From NCBI GenBank assembly GCA_963746845.1, contig CAVVCZ010000004.1, positions 384,001 to 448,000 of the forward strand: DNA of 64,000 nt. The letters are read 5' to 3'. Origin of the DNA: an uncultured Chloroflexia bacterium (GTDB taxonomy: Bacteria; Chloroflexota; Limnocylindria; Limnocylindrales; CSP1-4). Under the pieces are notes generated by a model. It searched no databases. It was given only the letters and a program-made list of their open reading frames with translations, and had not been told where the DNA came from. This document shows, in pieces, positions 45,313 to 54,073 of this stretch (the first letter of the stretch is position 1; every line of letters starts with the position of its first letter). The position numbers and the translations under genes are program-made.

Positions 45313-46484
45313 CAGGCGTCCGTCCCGAGCGCCGCGGCCTCGCCGCCGATCGCGACACCGCGCTGCGCGGCGAGCCGGGCGATCGCTCGCTGGCAGGTGA
45401 CGATGTCCGCCCGGCCGTCGGCGATGCCCGTGGACGGCTTCGACCCGTGGTGGACCAGGTCGGCGAAGGCGAGCAGCTCGCGCTCGAACGCCTCCTCGAT
45501 CGAGTCGAGGACGACGCGACGTCGAGTCTCGTCACCCCCGGTCGACACGACGAGCGACGTCGGCGCGTGGAGCCGGTACGGGGCCGGGAACGACAGCTCG
45601 ACCGACCCGCCGACGTGGTGGAACCGGACGTCCTCCCGGTAGGCCGGGTAGTCCGGCAGGAAATGCCAGCCGATCGTCACGCGCGACCCGTCGTCGAGGC
45701 GGCCGACGAGCAGGACGGATCCGGGCTCGGTCGCGGTCCCGGCCCACGTGTCGACGTGGTCGATCGCGACGACCTCGCCGGCCACCGCGCGGATCACCGA
45801 CAGCTCGTGGACGACGCTGCTCAGGAGGATCCCCGCATACAGGTCCGCGAGGTCTGCGCCCACCGCGCCGATCGCCGTCTCGACGAGCCGTGCGCCATCG
45901 GCTCGCAATGCGGCGAGGACGGACGCATCGGCGTCCGTCGGCGGCGGCAGGAGATGGGCGAAGGCCAGCTGGGAGGCGCTCGTCGGGTGGAGCACCGCGA
46001 CCTCGATCGCCCGTCGCGGTCCGAGACCGGTCGCGGGGTCGTCGACGAGCCGCCGCGCCTCCACCACCGCCGGGTCGAAGGTCTTCATGTACCCGAGCAG
46101 GAGGCGATCGGCGTCCGGCGACGCGGCGAGGCGGTCTGCCTCGGCGACCGTGAACGCCAGGGGCTTCTCGCACAGGACCGGGAGGCCGCGGTCGAGCGCG
46201 GCGAGGGCGTCGGCGCCGTGCGAGCCGGAGGTCAGGACGATGACGCCGTCGAGGTGCGGCACGTCGAGCAGCTCGGCGACCGACCGGACGCGGTTCGCCG
46301 TCGGGACACCGTGGCGGTCGCCGATCGCGTCACGGAGCGACGGCGACAGATCGCAGATCGCGGCGACCTCGAACACGTCCGGAAGCCGGGCGAGCAGCGG
46401 AAGGTGAACGGCCTGGGCGACGGCGCCGAGACCGGCGATGCCCAGCCGAAGCCGTCCGTCCGGCGGCGTGGTCGATCGTTCCAT
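45312..46484 (-). CDS. Gfo/Idh/MocA family oxidoreductase
   Basis: GIAGLGAVA, CEKPLA and GYMK motifs. Confidence 0.88.
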   Translation of the reverse strand: MERSTTPPDGRLRLGIAGLGAVAQAVHLPLLARLPDVFEVAAICDLSPSLRDAIGDRHGVPTANRVRSVAELLDVPHLDGVIVLTSGSHGADALAALDRGLPVLCEKPLAFTVAEADRLAASPDADRLLLGYMKTFDPAVVEARRLVDDPATGLGPRRAIEVAVLHPTSASQLAFAHLLPPPTDADASVLAALRADGARLVETAIGAVGADLADLYAGILLSSVVHELSVIRAVAGEVVAIDHVDTWAGTATEPGSVLLVGRLDDGSRVTIGWHFLPDYPAYREDVRFHHVGGSVELSFPAPYRLHAPTSLVVSTGGDETRRRVVLDSIEEAFERELLAFADLVHHGSKPSTGIADGRADIVTCQRAIARLAAQRGVAIGGEAAALGTDA

Positions 46485-46578
46485 AAGCGGACGAGTATAG
46501 GCAGGCCGACCGGGGGGATCGCGGCCGTCCCCGGCGTGGTTTGACCAGCCGCCGCGCGCTCCGCCAGACTGCACGGCC

Positions 46579-48249
46579 ATGACCCTCCACGACCCCGTCG
46601 CGCCGACGCCGGCGATCGATTGGCGCGACGGCGTCGTCTACCAGATCTATCCGCGCAGCTTCGCCGACGCCGATGGTGACGGGACGGGCGACCTGCGGGG
46701 GATCGTCGATCACCTCGATCACTTCGGGCCGGACGCGCTCCCGATCGAGGCGATCTGGCTGTCGCCGATCTACCCGTCGCCGGGGCGGGATCTCGGCTAC
46801 GACGTGACCGACCACACGGCGGTCGACCCGCTGCTGGGGACGGATGCCGACTTCGACGAGCTCGTGGCCGGGTGCCACGCCCGCGGGATCAAGGTGATCC
46901 TCGATCTCGTGATGAACCACACGAGCGACGAGCATGCGTGGTTCCTCGCCTCGAAGGAATCGCGGGAGGGGCCGTACGCCGACTTCTATCTGTGGCGCGA
47001 CCCATCCGGATGGGACGCCGAGGGCCGGCCGCTGCCGCCCAACAACTGGGTGTCGTTCTTCGGCGGGTCAGGCTGGGAGTGGGTCCCGGAGCGCGGGCAG
47101 TTCTATTACCACACCTTCCTCGTCGGCCAGCCGGAGATGAACTGGCGCAACCCGGCCGTCGAGGCGGCCCAGTGGTCGATGGTCCGCGGCTGGCTGGCAC
47201 GGGGCGTCGACGGCTTCCGGCTCGACGTGTTCAACGCGTTCCTGAAGGACCCCGAGCTGCGCTCGAACCCGGTCATCGACGGCGACTCTCCATGGTCCCG
47301 CCAGGATCACCGCTACGACATCGACCAGCCCGACTTCCTCGATCTCATCGAGCGGTTCCGGACGATCGTCGACGAGGAGCCGGGGCGGATGACGATCGGC
47401 GAGCTGTTCTCGCGCGAGACGGACCTCGCCGCGAAATACGCCCGCGACCGCCACCTCGTGTTCGACTGGTCGCTGATGGAATCGCCGTGGACGGCGGCGG
47501 CGTTCGGATCGGCGATCGACCTCCGCGAGCGCCTCTTCGGGCCGGACCTGTGGCCGACCGTCGCCCTGTCGAACCACGATCGGGAGCGCCAGGCGACCCG
47601 GCTCGCGGCATCCGTCGAGCGCGACCGGCTCCCGGACCGGGATGCGATCGCGAAGGTGGCCGCCGTCGTGATCCTGGGCCTGCGCGGCACGCCGTTCTTC
47701 TATTACGGCGAGGAACTCGGCATGGTCGACGTCGATATCCCGCGCGACGAGATCGTCGACCCGCCTGCGCTCCGGGCCGGCCCCGACTTCCCGTGGTACG
47801 ACCGGTCGCGCTGCCGGACGCCGATGCAGTGGACGCCCGAGCCGGGCGGCGGCTTCACGACCGGCCGGCCGTGGCTCCGCCTCGCGCCGGATGCCGACGA
47901 GCGGAACGTCACGACCGAGGCAGCCGATCCGGACTCCGTCCTGGCCTGCTATCGCCGGCTGGTCTCGTTCCGCCACGCGTCGCCGGCGCTCCGGACAGGC
48001 ACGATGGCGCGGCGCGACAGCGGCACGCCCGACGTCCTCGCATGGACGCGGAGCGGTAACGGTCAGCGGCTGCTCGTCGTCACGAGCTTCGTCGGCGAGC
48101 CGCGGACGGTGGACCTGGCACGGATCACCGGAACGGCCACCTGGGTCGCACGGGTGGGCACTGCGCGCGAACCGTCGCAACCGGATGCGTCGGGGCGGCT
48201 CGCGCTCCGGCCGGACGAGGGCGTCATCCTCGAAACCACCGGGGACTGA
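46579..48249 (+). CDS. GH13 alpha-glucosidase / oligo-1,6-glucosidase
   Basis: YQIYPRSF, DLVMNHTSDEH, GFRLDV, GE, SNHD and YYGEELG motifs; TTGACC-18-CAGACT promoter. Confidence 0.92.
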   Translation: MTLHDPVAPTPAIDWRDGVVYQIYPRSFADADGDGTGDLRGIVDHLDHFGPDALPIEAIWLSPIYPSPGRDLGYDVTDHTAVDPLLGTDADFDELVAGCHARGIKVILDLVMNHTSDEHAWFLASKESREGPYADFYLWRDPSGWDAEGRPLPPNNWVSFFGGSGWEWVPERGQFYYHTFLVGQPEMNWRNPAVEAAQWSMVRGWLARGVDGFRLDVFNAFLKDPELRSNPVIDGDSPWSRQDHRYDIDQPDFLDLIERFRTIVDEEPGRMTIGELFSRETDLAAKYARDRHLVFDWSLMESPWTAAAFGSAIDLRERLFGPDLWPTVALSNHDRERQATRLAASVERDRLPDRDAIAKVAAVVILGLRGTPFFYYGEELGMVDVDIPRDEIVDPPALRAGPDFPWYDRSRCRTPMQWTPEPGGGFTTGRPWLRLAPDADERNVTTEAADPDSVLACYRRLVSFRHASPALRTGTMARRDSGTPDVLAWTRSGNGQRLLVVTSFVGEPRTVDLARITGTATWVARVGTAREPSQPDASGRLALRPDEGVILETTGD

Positions 48250-48338
48250 GCCCGCAACCGGCCGATCGTCATGGTGACGAAGCGTCCGATGCCGCTGCTA
48301 CCATTCGGCCCAGCGATCCCGTTGCCGCGGAGCCTGCC

Positions 48339-49112
48339 GTGCCGCTCGAGTTCCTGAAGCGAAAGTCCACCGATCCGGCCGGAACCCCGACCGACGCTCC
48401 GCCGTCCGGGCCGACCGCCGGTGCGCGCGGGCCGATCACGCTGCCCGAGGAAGTCGTCGCGCAGGACTACCAGCTGAAGCTGTACTACGCGGGCAAGTCC
48501 AGCGAGGGCGTCCGGATGAAGGCCGGGCCCCGCGCACTCGCCGAGCTCCCATCGATGCTCCACGGGCTCGCCAAGGGCGAGATCGAGGTCGTCGATCCGC
48601 TGCCGATCGAGTTCAGCCAGGCGACCCCGGTCATGGCCCGGCCGTCCGAGGCGATGCAGTGGCTGAACGCCCACCACGTCCACTCCCCGGTGACCCGGCA
48701 CGCGCTTGTCGTCCTCGAGTCGATCGACGCGATCGACCTGGCGTTCGACACGTTCGTCTGCACGCTGCTCGACGGTGAGGTCGACACCAGCGGCTACCCG
48801 GAGTACAGCGCGATCGTGGGTGGCGTGGCGTCCCACTGGGACGAGGCGACCGGCGACATGATCGCCCGGGCTGTGGTCGGCTGGGGTGGCAAGGGCGTCC
48901 GTGGTGACACCGACCGGGTTGCCGCCAAGCTCCTCTCGGGCGTTCTCACGAACATCCTCGCGAGCCAGTACGCGCTGGGCCTGACGCCCGTGGACCGTCC
49001 CGTGCCGGCCGCCGGTCGGGGCGGGCTGGTCTGCGCCCACTGCGGCTTCGCGTCGGGCCACGAGCGTGCCTTCTACTGCCCGAAGTGCGGCATGCGCCTC
49101 CTCCGCGGCTGA
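48339..49112 (+). CDS. Hypothetical protein with C-terminal zinc ribbon
   Basis: Ends CAHCG...YCPKCG; GGAG RBS. Confidence 0.7.
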   Translation: MPLEFLKRKSTDPAGTPTDAPPSGPTAGARGPITLPEEVVAQDYQLKLYYAGKSSEGVRMKAGPRALAELPSMLHGLAKGEIEVVDPLPIEFSQATPVMARPSEAMQWLNAHHVHSPVTRHALVVLESIDAIDLAFDTFVCTLLDGEVDTSGYPEYSAIVGGVASHWDEATGDMIARAVVGWGGKGVRGDTDRVAAKLLSGVLTNILASQYALGLTPVDRPVPAAGRGGLVCAHCGFASGHERAFYCPKCGMRLLRG

Positions 49113-49131
49113 GGCGGCGCTCCCGCGATCG

Positions 49132-49488
49132 ATGCCCACCTACGACTACGTCTGTCACCACTGTGGCCATCGCTTCGAGGTGATCCACGGGGTCCACGCC
49201 GACGGACCGTCGCACTGCCCCGTCTGCCACAGCACCTCGGTCCGGAAGGGGTTCGCCGCGCCGGCGGTCCACTTCAAGGGATCCGGGTGGGCCAAGAAGG
49301 ACCGCGGCTCGGCCGCCCGGAAGAGCGCCGCAGCGAGCGCCGACACATCGCCCGCCGCCCCGAACGAGAGTGCGGCGACGGGCGCATCCCCGTCGGACAC
49401 GACGACCGGGTCCTCGTCATCGAGCACCGACTCGAGCGCGTCGTCCGAGTCGTCCGGCGCCGCCCCCGGCAGCTCGACCGCCGACTGA
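49132..49488 (+). CDS. FmdB family zinc-ribbon protein
   Basis: MPTYDYVC..CGH.FE, CPVC and FKGSGW; Ser-rich tail. Confidence 0.85.
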   Translation: MPTYDYVCHHCGHRFEVIHGVHADGPSHCPVCHSTSVRKGFAAPAVHFKGSGWAKKDRGSAARKSAAASADTSPAAPNESAATGASPSDTTTGSSSSSTDSSASSESSGAAPGSSTAD

Positions 49489-49730
49489 TGGCCGGCTCGT
49501 CGGCAGACTGGATCAGCCTCGCCGAGGCGGCCGAGATCCTGAGCGCGTCGAACGTCCACTTCCGACCGTCGACGATCGGGAGCTGGGCGCGGACCGGCAA
49601 GCTCCAGAGCATCAAGCTGGGCGGTCGCCGGTTCGTCCGCCGCGGCGAGGTCCGGGCGCTCGTCACCGGCCCGCGTCGGGTCCGGGCCAGCGATCTCCAG
49701 CCGGGCCTGTTCGAGGAGATCCGGGACTGA
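49488..49730 (+). CDS. Small MerR/excisionase-like HTH DNA-binding protein
   Basis: SLAEAAEIL...STIGSWARTGKL.SIKLGGRR; TGATG coupling. Confidence 0.75.
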   Translation: MAGSSADWISLAEAAEILSASNVHFRPSTIGSWARTGKLQSIKLGGRRFVRRGEVRALVTGPRRVRASDLQPGLFEEIRD

Positions 49731-50665
49731 CCGGCGACGGGGGAGACGCGCCGCCGCCGGAGCCCACCGGCATCGGCGACCGTGTGGGTGCGATCGTGGA
49801 CACCGTCCTGCGCTGGCCGATCGCCCTCCTCGTCGTTCGGGTCATCGACCGCTTCGGGGCCGCCGACGGCGGCCTGCTCGCCGCCGGGATCGCCTTCAAC
49901 TCCGTCTTCGCGCTGATCCCGCTGGCGCTGTTCGCGAGCGGTCTCGCCGGCCTGTTCCTGACGGACCCGGCGGCGCGGGACGAGATCGTCGCGAAGGTCG
50001 GCGAGATCTTCCCGCCACTGAAAGCCATCGTGAACGACATCCTCACGGGCCTGGCCGCGTCGTCGCCGACGGCCTCGATCGTCGGCCTCGTGCTCGCCGG
50101 CTGGGGCACCTCCCGGCTCTTCGCCTCGCTCGAGTCCGCGGTGGGCCAGCTCGACCCGACATTTCCGCGGCGCGGCATCGTCCATCAGACGGCGCGACGG
50201 ATCGGATGGGTGGTCGCCGTGGCCGGGATCGTGATCGTGGCCCTGCTGGCCGCGCCCGTCCTCGCGATCATGGAAGACCTGGCGGACACGGGCTCCCTCC
50301 TCCAGGGGATCTTCCAGGTCCTGCTCGCCGTCCTTCCGCCCGCCCTCGCCGTCGTGGCGCTCGCGGTGATCTATCGCGTCCTGCCGCGGGTCATCCCGAC
50401 CTGGCAGGAGATCCGGGTCCCGGCGGTCGTCGGGGCGATCGCGCTGTATGTGCTGACCCGCGGCTTCGTGTTCGTGGCGCCCCGGGTGTTCGCCGGGAAC
50501 CTCGTCTACGGAACGCTCGGCGCGATCCTCATCGGGTTCATCTGGCTCAACCTGGTGTTCACGATCGTCGTGATCGGGGCCGCCTGGGTCATCGAGAGAC
50601 GCGACCCGGCCCGGCCCGGCATACCGCCGGAGCGAACCGAGGTTGTCGATCCGCCGTCCGCCTGA
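49727..50665 (+). CDS. YihY/BrkB family membrane protein
   Basis: LAAGIAF.SVFALIPL, YRVLP and YGTLGA motifs. Start is CTG 49727 (CTGA overlap) or GTG about 49784. Confidence 0.8.
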   Translation: MTGDGGDAPPPEPTGIGDRVGAIVDTVLRWPIALLVVRVIDRFGAADGGLLAAGIAFNSVFALIPLALFASGLAGLFLTDPAARDEIVAKVGEIFPPLKAIVNDILTGLAASSPTASIVGLVLAGWGTSRLFASLESAVGQLDPTFPRRGIVHQTARRIGWVVAVAGIVIVALLAAPVLAIMEDLADTGSLLQGIFQVLLAVLPPALAVVALAVIYRVLPRVIPTWQEIRVPAVVGAIALYVLTRGFVFVAPRVFAGNLVYGTLGAILIGFIWLNLVFTIVVIGAAWVIERRDPARPGIPPERTEVVDPPSA

Positions 50666-50677
50666 GAAGCGCGGGGA

Positions 50678-52469
50678 TCAGCCCTGGCGCGTCCCGCAGC
50701 GGCGGCAGAAGCGGGCCGTCGCCGACAGGGACAGCCCACAGCTCGAGCAGGGCTGGACCCCGGCGATCGGGGCGACGCCCTTGACGGGAACGGCGAGGAC
50801 CTCGCGAGCCGAGGCGGCCCACAGGTCGTCGCTCGACTGTCGGGTCTTGCTGGCGAGGAGGGCCATGCTCGGCGACTCCTCGAGATCCGCCCGGACCGGC
50901 CACTGGGGCTCGCCCGCGGCACGAGCCGGCGTCTGGCCCGGGGTCGCAGGGGCGACTGGCGGGACCACGGTCGGGGGACTGGTCTGGTCCGGCGCGAAGA
51001 TCTGCCAGGTGGGCTGCTCGATGCGGTCCTCGCGGACGGGCAGCATCGGCTCGACGATCGGCTCGGGCTCCGGCGCCGGTGCGGCGGCGACGGGCTCCGG
51101 CTCGGGCTCCGGTTCGGCGGCGACCGGCTCCGGCTCGGGTGCGGCGGCGACCGGCTCCGGCTCGGGTGCGGCGGCGACGGGCTCCGGCTCGGGCTCCGGC
51201 GTCGCGAGATCAGCGGCGACGAGGCCGCCGGCGGCGAGCGCGGCCAGGCCGTGGCCGCGCGGTTCGACGACCTCGGGCTCCGCGACCTCGGGCTCGGCCG
51301 CAGCGACGGGGGCGACCTCGGGCTCGGCCGCCACGACATCGGGCAGCGGGGTGTCGGTCAGGGCAGCCGCGGCTGCCAGCTCTTCGGCGACCGGCGGCGC
51401 GAGCTCGTCGACCGGCGCGGTGTCCACGCCCGGCGTGGAGTCGAGCTGCGCCTCGTAGGCCGCCAGCTCGGCATCGATGTTCTGACCCGGCCGGAATCGG
51501 TTCAGCAGGTCCGCCGTGCGCGCCGCGCCGTCCGCGGCACGCTGCTCGACCGCCGGATCGATCGGCATGACCTCGGCCGGCATGGCCGGCGCTTCGGCGA
51601 CGACGGCGTCCGGCACGTCAACGACGGCCGGGCTCACGGGCGCGGTCTCGAAGACGACCGGCTCCGGCTCCTCGGCCTGCGGCTGCACCGGATGCAGCGC
51701 CGAGGGCTCCGGCGACGCGGCTTCGTACGCGACAGCTGCTGCCGGCGCGAGCCACTCGATGTCGGACGCCTCCGCGGCGACCGGCTCCGGTGCCGCGGGC
51801 TCGGGCCACGCCGGGAGCTCGGCAACGGGCTCGGGCACCGCAGCGGGCTCGGGCTCGGGCTCGGGTGCGGGCGGCGGCGCCGTCGTCTCGCCCGACAGGA
51901 ACGCGAGGCGGGCGGCCGCGTCGAACTCGGGCATGTCGTCGGCGTGACCGGCGCCGTTGGTCCGCGGGGCGAACCCGTTGCCGGCAGGGTGCGCCCCGTT
52001 CGAGGGGAGGCCCTCGATGCCGAGGAGCGCGCCGTTGGCAGAGGCGGCCGGCGCCGTGAGATCGATCTCCGGCCAGGCCTCGGCCTCGAGGCGGACGGGT
52101 TCGAACGCCGGCGCGTCCTGGAACGGCGCGGGCAGCAGGTCCTGTGCGAGATCCGGGACGCAGCTCAGGCAGTGCCCGGCGGCGGGGTTCCAGCAATTGC
52201 CGCACGTGTACTGGCGGCACGACATGCAGAAGTTGAACGTCGAGTGGAACGCGTCGAGCTGCTGCGTCGTGAGCTCGCGCTCCTCGTCGCTCCGGGCCTC
52301 GGCCAGCGCCTCGTCGAGCGACGAGTCGTCGCTCATCACCCAGTTCTTGACGCCCTTGCTCAGGGTCTTGAACTGACCAAGCCGCCGAGTCTTGCGAGGC
52401 GCGCTCGAATTCAAACGTATAGCGAGTGCCGCAACGCTCGCAGAAGGACTCGGTGAGGATCTCGGGCAT
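50678..52469 (-). CDS. Multi-zinc-finger protein with long acidic Pro/Ala/Glu linker (frameshift near 52408)
   Basis: N-terminal FCERCG joins FCMSCRQYTCGNCW...CLSC through a 1-nt shift; C-terminal CSSC...CRRCG. Confidence 0.7.
51078..51200 (-). repeat. 27-bp coding tandem repeat (EPEPVAAAP)x~4
   Basis: Plus-strand units ggtgcggcggcgaccggctccggctcg. Confidence 0.8.
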
Positions 52470-52683
52470 CGTGCCCTCGGGTACGCGATGAAACCGACGG
52501 CCGGAGGCCGACCGAAACGTGCCGAGACTATATCGCAGGGCCTCGCGCGAGCCTCCACCGCTGGTACGGCCGACCCAGGGACGATGGTCCCGACGGGCCC
52601 TGGACGGAATCGGGGCGCCCCGGCGCACCACGGCCCTCCGAGGCCGGAGTTCACAGAGTCGTCTGCTAGACTCCGCCCCCGAC

Positions 52684-53621
52684 ATGGGAGCCCTTGCCGC
52701 CGTCGAGCGGTTTCTCGAACGGCTCTTCGAGGGCCAATCCGCCCGACTCTTCCGGACCGGGCTCCGCCCGATCCAGGTCCAGCGCCGGATCGAGCGCGCC
52801 ATGGAGTCGCACCGGGTCCGCGACGGGCAACGCACCATCGTTCCGCACCGGATCGTCGTGCGTCTTTCGCCGAACGATCTGACTGCACTTCGTGCGGCCG
52901 AGCCCGGGCTCGCGGCCGGGCTCGCGGACGCCGCGCTCGCGTTCGCCCGCGCGCACGCCTACACGCTGCTGGACCGCCCGTCCGTGACGCTCCGGGCCGA
53001 TCCCACCGTCGAGCCGGGCGACATCGCCGTCGACACGGACGGCCTGCCGGTGGGCGCCCATGGCCTCGGCCCGGGGACGGTCCAGCCGGGGAGCGTTGAT
53101 GCCCAGGTCGTCGCCGCCTGGACCGGGACATCGACGCCGCCGCTCGATCCACCCCCCGGCGCCGTGCCGCGCCGCCGCCGCCCGCGCCGAGCCGGAACAC
53201 CGCGGTGTTCGTCGTCCCGGGCGCGGAGGGGCCGCGCGCGACGATCCGCGAGATCCGTCCGGACCGGTCCAGCCGCGCCCTCGCGTTCGACGGACGGCCC
53301 CTGACGATCGGCCGGGCATCGGACAACGGGCTGGTTCTGCGCGACGGTCGCGCGTCACGGCACCACGCTCGGATCGACGTCCGACGCGGATCGCTCGTCC
53401 TGACCGACCTCGGCAGCATGAACGGGTCCTGGGTGAACGATCGGCGGGTCGAATCGATCGCCCTGGGCGAGGGCGACCAGGTCCGGCTCGGGCTGACGAC
53501 CCTGATCATCGAGGCGGTCGAGGCGCTGCCGCGACCTCATCACGAGCATCCGGCGAGCGGCGCTCCGGCGAGCCCGATCCGGACGACAAGCGGGATCCCG
53601 GATGGCCCCGTCGCGAGCTGA
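52684..53621 (+). CDS. fhaA: FhaA-like protein (DUF3662 + FHA), frameshift near 53150-53170
   Basis: ERFLERLFEG..ARLFR N-domain; FHA motifs IGRAS, SRHHA and DLGSMNG lie in a shifted frame. Confidence 0.75.
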
Positions 53622-54073
53622 TGGACCCCTTCCTCCTGACGGTCTGGATCGTCCGTCTCCTGTTCCTCGCGCTGCTCTACGTCTTCCTCTTCCGGATCGC
53701 GCGGACGCTTGTCGGCGACCTGCGGGCGGCCGCCCGCGAGCCGGGCGCCGAGCTCGGCCGGCTCGTCGTCGTCGCGTCGCCGGCTGGTGAGCCGGAGGAG
53801 GGGACCTCCCTCGCGCTGGACGCGATCGCCACCCTCGGCCGGGACGTCAACAACGCGATCGTCGTCGAGGACCAGTTCGTCTCCGCGGAGCACGCGATCC
53901 TCACGTTCCGCGGGCGGGCCTGGTATGTCGAGGACCTCGGCAGCACGAACGGGACGTTCGTCAACGGCATCGCGGTCACCGAGGTGACGCCACTCGGGTT
54001 CGGCGACGTGATCCAGCTCGGGCAGGTCCGTCTGCGGCTGGAGCGGCCGCGATCGGTCGGGAGGAAGAAGTGA
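53621..54073 (+). CDS. fhaB: FhaB-like membrane-anchored FHA protein
   Basis: RLLFLALLYVFL TM; LGR, VSAEHA and EDLGSTNGT motifs. Confidence 0.8.
   Translation: MDPFLLTVWIVRLLFLALLYVFLFRIARTLVGDLRAAAREPGAELGRLVVVASPAGEPEEGTSLALDAIATLGRDVNNAIVVEDQFVSAEHAILTFRGRAWYVEDLGSTNGTFVNGIAVTEVTPLGFGDVIQLGQVRLRLERPRSVGRKK

Noticed and set aside
49488-49730. Excisionase of an integrative element
   Set aside because: No integrase or att repeats; the gene is translationally coupled within a host-like operon.
51078-51200. 27-bp repeats as a CRISPR or non-coding array
   Set aside because: In-frame tandem coding repeats without unique spacers.
52400-52420. Programmed ribosomal frameshift
   Set aside because: No canonical slippery heptamer; three similar single-base indels in unrelated genes favour sequencing error.
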